Virus record (IMG/VR): IMGVR_UViG_3300022821_000014
Location: 1 to 64,000 of that record
Length of the DNA stretch: 64,000 bases
Source of the DNA: a virus
Direction: 5' to 3' (one strand)
Part shown: positions 47,459 to 55,915 of the stretch, piece by piece
Position numbering within the stretch: the first letter of the stretch is position 1
How the letters are laid out: each line of letters opens with the position of its first letter
The notes under the pieces: generated by a model
The model's database searches: none
Told to the model about the DNA's origin: nothing
The model's input: only the letters and a program-made list of their open reading frames with translations
Made by a program: the position numbers and the translations under genes

Positions 47459-47794
47459 CTAGTTTAACCCGTACTTCTTCTCTTCGGAGTGTACGGTCAA
47501 CTTGGGTGTGTTGTCTGTCTGTTGTTCAAATTGATCAATGGTGTACATCAATTCTTCTGCGAGTGTCGAGCAGTTTACAACTTGTTCATTTAACAGCTCG
47601 ACCCTGTCAATCAAGGTTGAAACCTTCATGCTTAAATTGCTTACGAGTGTAGTCAGGTCTAGATAGTTTTTGTCGGGTTCCTCCTGAGAGATCTTTGTAA
47701 ACGCCTTTTGGTGTATTGAGGCGTCCTTTTCGGAACTTCTGGCATCTTCCAAGATTGTCTCTAGGGCTTCGGTTAGTTTCGTTTTGAACGACAT
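47459..47794 (-). CDS. hypothetical coiled-coil protein
   Basis: 111-aa ORF. Confidence 0.55.
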   Translation of the reverse strand: MSFKTKLTEALETILEDARSSEKDASIHQKAFTKISQEEPDKNYLDLTTLVSNLSMKVSTLIDRVELLNEQVVNCSTLAEELMYTIDQFEQQTDNTPKLTVHSEEKKYGLN

Positions 47795-47796
47795 GG

Positions 47797-48111
47797 CTAA
47801 ACTCCATTTTTATTATTCTCCTTGAGGCGGTCCTCAATGAGCTTATATAACAACTCGGCATCATGCTGGTTAGCACGATGTCTTCCCGAGTTCGTTTGCT
47901 TATGTGTAAGTGCCTCATCCATAAATTGTGACACTCTATCGTCCCTTAAAGAAACAAGCTCAACAACATAAGTCAAAAATTGTTGAGGCGTAAGACCTCT
48001 CTTGAAGAGCACCTTGCGAAGCTCTTTTAAAGAATCAGAATCGAAATCAAGGACGATTTTCGTCTTTTTGATGGACACTTTAGCCTCCAACGGGGCCAGT
48101 GACACCTGCAC
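47797..48111 (-). CDS. hypothetical protein, possible ribbon-helix-helix
   Basis: KTKIVLDFDSDSLKELRKVLFKRGLTPQQFL. Confidence 0.45.
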   Translation of the reverse strand: MQVSLAPLEAKVSIKKTKIVLDFDSDSLKELRKVLFKRGLTPQQFLTYVVELVSLRDDRVSQFMDEALTHKQTNSGRHRANQHDAELLYKLIEDRLKENNKNGV

Positions 48112-48745
48112 GTGGCTCAGGGTTTTGTGGCAAGTTCTGAGAACTTACCTCATCTTCCGTTGGCCTAAGGTCGTAGCTTGTGTCAAGAATCTCCATCATT
48201 TCTTTTGCTGTTCTCTCATCGTAGTTACTCTGAACATACTTTTCAGCACGGTTCAGGATCAGTGTGTTTAGATCAATCAGTGATGGAAGGTTATTAGTAA
48301 GCCTCGCCACGCTTCTTGTAAAGTCTTGTAGGTTGATCTTAGGGGTGTTTATAACTGGTTGTTCGCCAGCACCTGCGTCTTCACCATCTGCGGCTGGGTC
48401 TTCTTCGCCTAGATCACCACCTAGATCACCACCTAGGTCACCACCCAAATCCCCTCCGAGGTCAAGGCCGCCTTCTGCGTCAGCTTCGTCGTCAACTGGT
48501 TCTTCATCTTGTTCAAGCAGGAAATCAACAAGTGAGTCAACATTTGCCGATTCGAACATTTCAGAGGTAGGAATAGCTTCACGTTCATATTGAACGAAGT
48601 ACCGATCGATTGCTTGGTCCAACGAAAAAGCCTTGTCAGCCACACTTGCAAAATCCTGCATGGCTTCTGGGCGTTCTTGTGGTTGATATTCTTTTAGTAA
48701 GCTCTCAAGCAACACTTCAAGATTGTTTTTGTTTTTCTTGCGCAT
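48080..48745 (-). CDS. acidic hypothetical (probable virion) protein
   Basis: SLDQAIDRYFVQYE, LLEQ, GGDL repeats. Confidence 0.6.
   Translation of the reverse strand: MRKKNKNNLEVLLESLLKEYQPQERPEAMQDFASVADKAFSLDQAIDRYFVQYEREAIPTSEMFESANVDSLVDFLLEQDEEPVDDEADAEGGLDLGGDLGGDLGGDLGGDLGEEDPAADGEDAGAGEQPVINTPKINLQDFTRSVARLTNNLPSLIDLNTLILNRAEKYVQSNYDERTAKEMMEILDTSYDLRPTEDEVSSQNLPQNPEPRAGVTGPVGG
48408..48455. repeat. 12-bp coding tandem repeat (GGDL x4)
   Basis: CCTAGATCACCA x2, CCTAGGTCACCA, plus one degenerate copy. Confidence 0.8.
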
Positions 48746-49668
48746 CAGTAACGCTCCTCTTCTGGACGTACTGGTGAGGGTGTTTCAGGTCCTGGAGGCG
48801 TCGTTGGTGGAACGTCGACCTCCCCTGAAGTGGTCACTTGATCGATAGGCGGACTCATAGCATTGTCGAGCATTTCCTGTGGAACTGCATTATACACAGG
48901 CTTAATCATGAAAAGTGCATCCAGATCACATCTTTCAGCAAGCGCCATACGAGCTTCAACCACGTTCCAGTTGATTTCACGCATCATTGCAACTATGTAA
49001 TCATTTTTGTCATTTTCGTAATCGCAAATGTAAGCATGCTCCCACATGTCCATCACGAGAACAGGTACAGCACCTAGCGGAATGCCAATGTTGTGTGAGT
49101 CAATCACGACATTCATGTAGGTGTTTTTGTAAGGCTCGTAAACCAATACAGCCCAACCACTTTTTGCTGACCTACAAGCTGCCATAAAGTTGAACTGCCA
49201 ATTCTCAAAGGTGCCAAAGTCTCTTGCAAGCCTCATATATGGCAATGCGTCCACACTGATTTCTGATGCTCTATCAGCGACGTTGTGAAAGTAAAGTTCA
49301 TGAAGCTTGATTGAATTCAAGTTATAGTTTTCGTCAACCTTCAGGGAACGATACTCAGAAGAGTTGGAATTCGCCTCATGTTTGCCAGCCCCGTCAAGCG
49401 CCGAGCTTGATTTGTTGAAAGTGTCAACGTAAGAGTTATAAAGCTGTTGGTGTACTCGTTTAGTAACTTCCGACAATGATTCTGTGTTTAAAGTAAAGGC
49501 CTGTGGTATTGCCACTAGTGCTTCTTTGATTACTCTTTTGGCGGTCTTCACAGACTCCACTAAATTTGTGGTTGGCCTGGCCACTTCTTTTTTCGTGTAT
49601 TCAGGTAGCTTTCCTGACCTCTGAAGAGAGTCACGGATAGCACCGTTGATGATTTGCTTCAAATCCAT
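48745..49668 (-). CDS. Fe/Mn superoxide dismutase-like protein with N-terminal extension
   Basis: VHQQLYNSYV, LHELYF, DFGTFENW, SGWAVL, VMDMWEHAY..DY. Confidence 0.85.
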   Translation of the reverse strand: MDLKQIINGAIRDSLQRSGKLPEYTKKEVARPTTNLVESVKTAKRVIKEALVAIPQAFTLNTESLSEVTKRVHQQLYNSYVDTFNKSSSALDGAGKHEANSNSSEYRSLKVDENYNLNSIKLHELYFHNVADRASEISVDALPYMRLARDFGTFENWQFNFMAACRSAKSGWAVLVYEPYKNTYMNVVIDSHNIGIPLGAVPVLVMDMWEHAYICDYENDKNDYIVAMMREINWNVVEARMALAERCDLDALFMIKPVYNAVPQEMLDNAMSPPIDQVTTSGEVDVPPTTPPGPETPSPVRPEEERY

Positions 49669-49769
49669 GGGAATTCTTTCGTTGCGCAACACGGTTAAGT
49701 ATGTGCAGCAATCCAAAAGAAAACCCTAGGAAGGCGCCTAAGCGTGGTGCCTAAGTTTTATTACAATAC

Positions 49770-50933
49770 TCAGCTCTTCTTATTTTTCCTTGGTTTACTT
49801 TTGGTCTCCCAGGGCTCAAACTGTTTGAAGACATCCGATCGAATCACATCCAAACCATACAAGGTCATATTACATAAAGCAGATTGGTGTGTCACCATAA
49901 TGGCATCCAGGTGTCTCAAATGGTCTGGTTCTCCCTTGAGTTTGGCGATGGGTATGTTGTAATTGGCGCCACAACCTCGACGTAATCGGTAATGGTTTAT
50001 TTTCTTCCTGGTTTGGTTTTCGCAGCTTCTTCGCACACTGTTGACAATGTCCGTGGGTAAGTCGACTTGAAATTTTGGTTCCCTGGTAATATAGCTGTGA
50101 CTCTTTTTACACTGAAAAGCGTAGCTGGCGTGTGGACTATGAATATAGTCATTGACTTGTTTCATAAGAGTTTCTGACGTCTGTTTATTACCGTTCCAGG
50201 TTACTATATGGAATTCAAACCAGAGCGACGCCAACTTCTTTTTTAAGAACCGAACCTTGAAGTCTTGAACTGGCGTTTTTTTGGTTAGCTGCTGATGATT
50301 CCAGGAAAGGTGAGACTTTACTCCTATCGGTAAATCGACCACAATGGTCTCTGTGTTCACATAACCTAAAAATAGTGCGGAATTTCCGACGGCCGTTTTG
50401 TAAACATTGCCAACAACCAAGTCTTTGACTTTGATCGAAGCCTGGGCCTTCTTTCCTGCACGCCTGAGTATGCTTTTATAGATGCCCGAGCCTACTTGAA
50501 TCGGTATGAGCTTACGATTGGCCTGCACAAAAATAAATTCACCCTTCAATGTCCTTTTATCCTTTTCGAAACCTTTGCTTCGGATAGCATTGAATAGGAT
50601 GTCAGGCGTGAGTTCAACAACATGTCCAGTAGGTAAACAAGCCTGCATGTATTCGGCACTCCAACCAACTACAGCAAGCTTTGTAGGCTTGTTCAAGTGA
50701 ATATATTTTAGCTTTTCCTTAGCACGTTGCTCTACTTCCTTTTTTGAGGACGTTCCCCAGTAAACCCAGTTAAACAACTTCTCAGAAAACCTTCTTGCAT
50801 CTCCCTGATGTGGGTCTGTAGTTGGTAATCTGTCCCAGTCAGCTCTTGTTGGGGTCTTCTTGCCTTTGAATGAACCATTGAATATTATATGTTTTGGGAT
50901 TGTTGCTGAGTACGCCATTGTATTTCCTAACAA
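49770..50933 (-). CDS. hypothetical basic protein
   Basis: 387-aa ORF. Confidence 0.6.
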   Translation of the reverse strand: MLGNTMAYSATIPKHIIFNGSFKGKKTPTRADWDRLPTTDPHQGDARRFSEKLFNWVYWGTSSKKEVEQRAKEKLKYIHLNKPTKLAVVGWSAEYMQACLPTGHVVELTPDILFNAIRSKGFEKDKRTLKGEFIFVQANRKLIPIQVGSGIYKSILRRAGKKAQASIKVKDLVVGNVYKTAVGNSALFLGYVNTETIVVDLPIGVKSHLSWNHQQLTKKTPVQDFKVRFLKKKLASLWFEFHIVTWNGNKQTSETLMKQVNDYIHSPHASYAFQCKKSHSYITREPKFQVDLPTDIVNSVRRSCENQTRKKINHYRLRRGCGANYNIPIAKLKGEPDHLRHLDAIMVTHQSALCNMTLYGLDVIRSDVFKQFEPWETKSKPRKNKKS

Positions 50934-50979
50934 TAAACATTGTAACAGCCGAACAAATTGAAGTAAACACTATTGTAGC

Positions 50980-52497
50980 TTAGCCTACCTTTGTTTTAAT
51001 CTTGAAGCTAATTTTGCCTTTGATGCCCGTAGTAAAGAAGTTCTTCCCTGAGTTAGCATAGATTTTACCCTGGAAGTTTGGTGGGTATACCACATTAAAG
51101 TCTTTAAAGAAGGCATCGACCTTGTTCACACGACCCATTTTACTATTAACTTGGATGACAGAGCTATGATTTAAAATTGCTCTAACAGCTGCATCAAATG
51201 AGTCTTCTCTGTTAATCTGAGCTGTTAGTCTCTTTGCAATTCCTGCGAGCAGATGAAAGAATGGGTGGTAGGTAGGTGGTGGGTCGATGATCTCCCAAGG
51301 AGTTTTGCCCCACATTTGCTTAGAAAGCTCAATGAGATTTGGTGTAGACAAGCTTGGGTGGTTTGCCTTCATTCCCTGAACAGCTTTGTCCCTACGCATC
51401 CTTCTCATGTTGACGACAACCTTCATATCCTGGTCGTCTACAATACCCATAATTTTAGCTGATTCCAAGACACCGAGGATTGCGTTGTTGTTGTTAATTG
51501 TTTGAATGATGCTGATTGGAAATCCATATTCGCTCAGGATATGCTGATAACCCTTAGGGTTCTTAGATTGAATTTCGTTCAAAATAGAAAGAAGTGAAGT
51601 CACAGATGCTGCTGCACCTGTGCCAGCCTTAGAGCTAATTCCAACCTTCATTCCATTTGGCGCTTCCAACTCTGAATCTACAAGAGCATTGGTGGCTGAC
51701 TGGAAGAAGCGAATTCTGCACTGAGCATATGAACTTTGTGGTAACAGTATCTTCTCGGAAGAAGCTCTGTCTCCTGTGGACACCCAATTGGACACGACGG
51801 ATATTGGTGCAAGTATCTCGCCAAGATACTTGTTGTATGCCTTCGCATATTTGTTACCACCAGGCAAAACTGGGGACTGCCCGCCTTTTAAGGCGGCGTC
51901 TAATAGCATCTCAACGTGCTCTCCAGCTTCAGCAGGCAAGCCTCCAGATTTTACCATTAGTGCAGTGTTGGTCTTCGCAGTTGATACTACTTCTGCCACA
52001 GTACGGAGATTTTCATCCTGTATGAGGTCACTAGGCTTTAGCGCAAAACCTTCAAGGGCTGCGGCCCCCTTCTTGAGTTTCAGGCCCGTGTCTCTAGCAA
52101 ACTTGGCCATCGTCCATTTGCCATATCCACCATTTTTTGTATTTTGGACATACCTGATATAACCACGGTAGGTGTTATCCTCTTTATTTAAGAGATAAAT
52201 TAAGATGGCACCTTTTTTGTCAGCAGTGATTGAGTTAACTTCTATTAACTCAACATCTATTTCTTCAGTGTTCAGCTCCAGAAATGAATCGACAGCATCT
52301 GAAAGCTCTTCTGAGGAATCGAATGAATCAGATTCACCTGGGAACTTTCGGATGTTGGCAATTTCATATTCTGTTCCATCATTATCAACTAGCAATTGCC
52401 CAGTTTCTCTCGCAGCTACCCCACGGGCTTCGCTCAGGTATAGGCTGATTTCACTATCAATCGCTGACTCAATTAAACGGAGAAGTTGTTTGGACAT
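50980..52497 (-). CDS. hypothetical protein with leader, possible PD-(D/E)xK nuclease
   Basis: MSKQLLRLIESAIDSEISLYLSEA; YLGEILAP...NALVDS...GISSKAG. Confidence 0.5.
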   Translation of the reverse strand: MSKQLLRLIESAIDSEISLYLSEARGVAARETGQLLVDNDGTEYEIANIRKFPGESDSFDSSEELSDAVDSFLELNTEEIDVELIEVNSITADKKGAILIYLLNKEDNTYRGYIRYVQNTKNGGYGKWTMAKFARDTGLKLKKGAAALEGFALKPSDLIQDENLRTVAEVVSTAKTNTALMVKSGGLPAEAGEHVEMLLDAALKGGQSPVLPGGNKYAKAYNKYLGEILAPISVVSNWVSTGDRASSEKILLPQSSYAQCRIRFFQSATNALVDSELEAPNGMKVGISSKAGTGAAASVTSLLSILNEIQSKNPKGYQHILSEYGFPISIIQTINNNNAILGVLESAKIMGIVDDQDMKVVVNMRRMRRDKAVQGMKANHPSLSTPNLIELSKQMWGKTPWEIIDPPPTYHPFFHLLAGIAKRLTAQINREDSFDAAVRAILNHSSVIQVNSKMGRVNKVDAFFKDFNVVYPPNFQGKIYANSGKNFFTTGIKGKISFKIKTKVG

Positions 52498-52509
52498 ACT
52501 ATGGTGTAA

Positions 52510-54840
52510 TTAGTCATCTTTACGTTCGATCACATCCAACTTGGTAAAATGTGTTGAAAGGCCGAAATCTGACTTTTTAAATCTAGCTAACACAAGTGTA
52601 TTGCTAGGAATCACTGCATCACGCTTAGGGTTGAATCCCCAGATAAAACACCCCTGCTCTGAGCCAGACTCTCCATAGACTTTCATTCTCAGATATGGTT
52701 TTCCATTCCTTGTTTTGGCTACTACACTTCGTTTTACAACTGCCCAATAATAACTGTTTTCACTGCGCCATTCATCAACAGACCCAATACCATTTTCTTC
52801 GAAGTAGGCCTTGATCTCCTTTGTGATGATAAGGTTGATGTTCACTGAACCTGCAAGCGTCTGACTGTGCTCGATCTTCTCATCAATCGTCCAGTCCTTA
52901 AGCCCCTGAGCCTCCTTAATAAGGTCTTCCAGGATTTCTGGTGGACGTGGTTCTTTTTTCCGTGAACAGGCTCTTTTTAGATTATCAGCTTGGTCGACAA
53001 GCACATAATGCATTTGGCGATAGTTCTTGAACATCTTGTCTTCACCGACAAGGTCCATAGACTCAAAAGCTTCAAGCTTTATAAGAGTTGAAAGGGCTCT
53101 CTTGTTGAATTTGCTGTGCCTCCATGTCTGATCCTGATTCCATAGAAGCTCCTCAACCGTTTTGTAGGGTCGGAATTCTTGAATTTCCCTTAGTGTGGGC
53201 ATGCCAACATGCTTCAGTGCCTGGAAACTTGGAATTAGCACTCCGTTTTTGACCTGATAATCTGCCTCAGACTCGTTGATGTCAGGCTTCCCAACCTTGT
53301 AACCAAGACCCTTAGCTTCACCAAGGGCGATTGAGATAGGCGCTTCTTTGCCTGTAACGTGTCCCTTATCAGTTGCACAGTAATCGATATAACTGGCCAT
53401 CCACTCATCTGGATGATAGGTGAGAAGCCAAGCACACTGATATGAAGTGATGGCATAGGCGGTAGCGTGGCTCTTATTGAACGAGTATGCTACGAACTCT
53501 TCCATCTCGTCAAAAATCTTGTAGCTGGTAATCAGCTGCGTGCCGTGTACTTCTTTGCATTTGATGGCGAAATCTTCACGCATCTGCTTTCTCTGTGCGT
53601 CAGCTGCACCCTTGTTAGATTTGTCCTTCTTTGTGAAGGATTTACGAACCATGTCGGTCTCTTCGAGAGGAACCCCAGCCATCTGATGGTAGATGAGCTG
53701 TAGTTGCTCCTGGAAAACAATTAGTCCACAGGTGACATCCAGCACCTCTTCGAGTAACTCATGTTTGTAGATGATGCTCTCAGGGTTTTTGCGGTTGTTC
53801 AAATACAACTTGTCAGCTCCGATGGCTAGAGGTCCAGGGCGGAAAATCGAAGTTGCTGTTGCGATATCAAGGATGGTCCTTGGCTTCATCTTCTTAATGA
53901 ATTTCTGTACGGGAGGCTGGACGAACTGAAAAACTCCAGCCCAGTTGCCGTTCCAATACACATGTTTGTAGACTTTGATGTCATCCATCTGATTGTTGTC
54001 TGGATGAAGGTTCGTATAGAACCAGTCCTGCACATTTCGGAATGTTGGGTATTTGGTACCCTGTTTCTTTAGAATACGTCGAATTGTGTTCTCAAATATC
54101 CTAAGCGTACCAAGCCCAAGAATATCAAACTTTAGAAGCCCGAAACCTTCAAGGTGACGAAAATTCAATCCCTCTTGCCAAGGCGTTTGAAGAACCCCAC
54201 CGCTCTTGATGAGCGGCATGTGCTTATTGGGAGTCTCCGTAATGATGACGCCGCCAGCATGTCGTGAGACGTTTCTCATTTGCTTGAACAACACCTTGAT
54301 GTTGTTTTCAAGGTCAGGGAACTCAACCATAAGCTCCTGAAAAGTCTTGGACTTCTCAGCTGCCTCGTCAAATGTCAATGTCCACAGCTGTCGGTCGAAG
54401 CCTGGCTTCTTCTTCGCCTCACCCAATGCCTCACTTTCAATTTTACGTGTGTATTTATTGACCTCTTCGAATGGCACTCCATTCAAGCGACACAAGTCCT
54501 TAACCAATGAGCGCATTTGAAGTTGGTTGAAGTTAGAAATCGGGATGACGTTCTCTTCACCAAAGTGTTCAGCAATAAGCTGAACTGCTTTCTCACGGTC
54601 TGAGAAATCAGAGTCAATATCGGGAAAGCCTTTCTTGAAGCGTGTGAGGAAACGCTCAAAAAGTAGGCCATACCTGATCGGGTCTAGCTGAGTAATGTTC
54701 AGAACATAAGCAAGCAAAGACCCGCCAGCAGAATTGTGTACTCCTAATCCTTCAATGTTATATGAATGAGATTCACTGACGGTGAGATCATGAACCTTGC
54801 CTGTGTAATGGAATAGAGTCTTTTTTGTTAGCTTTGCCAA
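52510..54840 (-). CDS. dnaE: DNA polymerase III alpha, C-terminal half with 36-aa split-intein C fragment
   Basis: VHDLTVSESHSYNIEGLGVHN|SAGGSLLAY, LLFERFL, PDIDSDF, HAGGVII, KFDILGL, YSFNKSHA; TTG start with AAGGA RBS. Confidence 0.92.
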   Translation of the reverse strand: MAKLTKKTLFHYTGKVHDLTVSESHSYNIEGLGVHNSAGGSLLAYVLNITQLDPIRYGLLFERFLTRFKKGFPDIDSDFSDREKAVQLIAEHFGEENVIPISNFNQLQMRSLVKDLCRLNGVPFEEVNKYTRKIESEALGEAKKKPGFDRQLWTLTFDEAAEKSKTFQELMVEFPDLENNIKVLFKQMRNVSRHAGGVIITETPNKHMPLIKSGGVLQTPWQEGLNFRHLEGFGLLKFDILGLGTLRIFENTIRRILKKQGTKYPTFRNVQDWFYTNLHPDNNQMDDIKVYKHVYWNGNWAGVFQFVQPPVQKFIKKMKPRTILDIATATSIFRPGPLAIGADKLYLNNRKNPESIIYKHELLEEVLDVTCGLIVFQEQLQLIYHQMAGVPLEETDMVRKSFTKKDKSNKGAADAQRKQMREDFAIKCKEVHGTQLITSYKIFDEMEEFVAYSFNKSHATAYAITSYQCAWLLTYHPDEWMASYIDYCATDKGHVTGKEAPISIALGEAKGLGYKVGKPDINESEADYQVKNGVLIPSFQALKHVGMPTLREIQEFRPYKTVEELLWNQDQTWRHSKFNKRALSTLIKLEAFESMDLVGEDKMFKNYRQMHYVLVDQADNLKRACSRKKEPRPPEILEDLIKEAQGLKDWTIDEKIEHSQTLAGSVNINLIITKEIKAYFEENGIGSVDEWRSENSYYWAVVKRSVVAKTRNGKPYLRMKVYGESGSEQGCFIWGFNPKRDAVIPSNTLVLARFKKSDFGLSTHFTKLDVIERKDD

Positions 54841-55744
54841 TGTTATTTTCCTTGTGCCACTTTCGAGCTTCTTTAATCAGTTGTTTCGGAATGTCAGAGT
54901 CAAATACTAGTCTAGCATAAAACTCGTTGTCTTTGCACCACGCCTTCAGTGCATGGTCTTTTGCGTTGCAGCGCCATTGCAATTTTTTGTAATAGAGGCC
55001 ACCACGACCTTTCACTTCAACAATTCGATTTTGATTTACAATGAAATCTGGGTAGTATCGATGTTCTTTTCCTTCAAATACATACGGAATCCCCTCTAGA
55101 TCAAATCGCTTAAGCGAATAACCTTTTTCTAGTGACCAGATAATGAACGCCAATTCATAAGAACTTTGGTATGTAAGACCTTCATACATACCAGATATCG
55201 CAATAGAATTTTTGATTACATTTTCACGGTATTCTGCGCTCTTCCAAAGCCTTTTCTCAATTTGTCTATACTTCTCTTTCATGCCAGGTTGTGCATGTCT
55301 TCTTTTCTGTGAAGCTGTTTGCCTTGCAAGAGTTTCAGGCCGATTTTGCGCTATAAGTTGGGCTTTGCTATTGTTGGCTCGCCATTCGGTATCGTAGGCA
55401 AACTGTTCTTTGTAACAACTATCACAAACTGGTTTTTGGTGTTTCCTTCTCATAAACCCAAATACGATACAAACATAGTCCTTACCACACGGACATTGGA
55501 TGTAGAGGTTGTTTTTATTGTATTTGCTGTGAAGTTTTTGATTTGCCTGAAACTCCATCCAAGAGTACCCAAACTTAGTTTCGATGCCCGAGCGCCAGGC
55601 TCGTCGCTTCAATGAATGCCAGGTCATCTTCCACTCTGTTAACATAGGTGCTAGCATGTCCTCTGTCAGACATGGAGATTCTATGTTCTCGATTGTCTGT
55701 AGTTGTTCTGCGGTCAACTTTGGACAAATTACACGGCCACCCAT
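54788..55744 (-). CDS. TnsA-like PD-(D/E)xK homing endonuclease
   Basis: YQSSYELAF...IPY...YYPDFIV...IVEVKG; CPCG...CDSC Zn site. Confidence 0.8.
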   Translation of the reverse strand: MGGRVICPKLTAEQLQTIENIESPCLTEDMLAPMLTEWKMTWHSLKRRAWRSGIETKFGYSWMEFQANQKLHSKYNKNNLYIQCPCGKDYVCIVFGFMRRKHQKPVCDSCYKEQFAYDTEWRANNSKAQLIAQNRPETLARQTASQKRRHAQPGMKEKYRQIEKRLWKSAEYRENVIKNSIAISGMYEGLTYQSSYELAFIIWSLEKGYSLKRFDLEGIPYVFEGKEHRYYPDFIVNQNRIVEVKGRGGLYYKKLQWRCNAKDHALKAWCKDNEFYARLVFDSDIPKQLIKEARKWHKENNIGKANKKDSIPLHRQGS

Positions 55745-55787
55745 GTTCGTGAATAGTTGTGTTCAATGGTAAAGGCCGAGGGACTGG

Positions 55788-55915
55788 TTATGAAACCAAT
55801 ACATGGATTAGAAACATTGGCAAAGGGCAAAAATGCAAGTTTAAACCATCTGCTTTTTGTCCCAAAACAAACCAACCCACAAATCACGTGGTTCAAATTT
55901 CACTGCCAGCTTCAT
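55788..55915 (-). pseudogene. small phage protein with apparent 1-nt frameshift
   Basis: MKLAVKFEPRDLWVGLFWDKK/ADGLNLHFCPLPMFLIHVLVS needs one extra A in an A5 run; ATGA-coupled to the dnaE-N stop. Confidence 0.5.

Noticed and set aside
48408-48455. CRISPR-like or regulatory repeat
   Set aside because: 12-bp in-frame units without spacers, encoding a GGDL linker.
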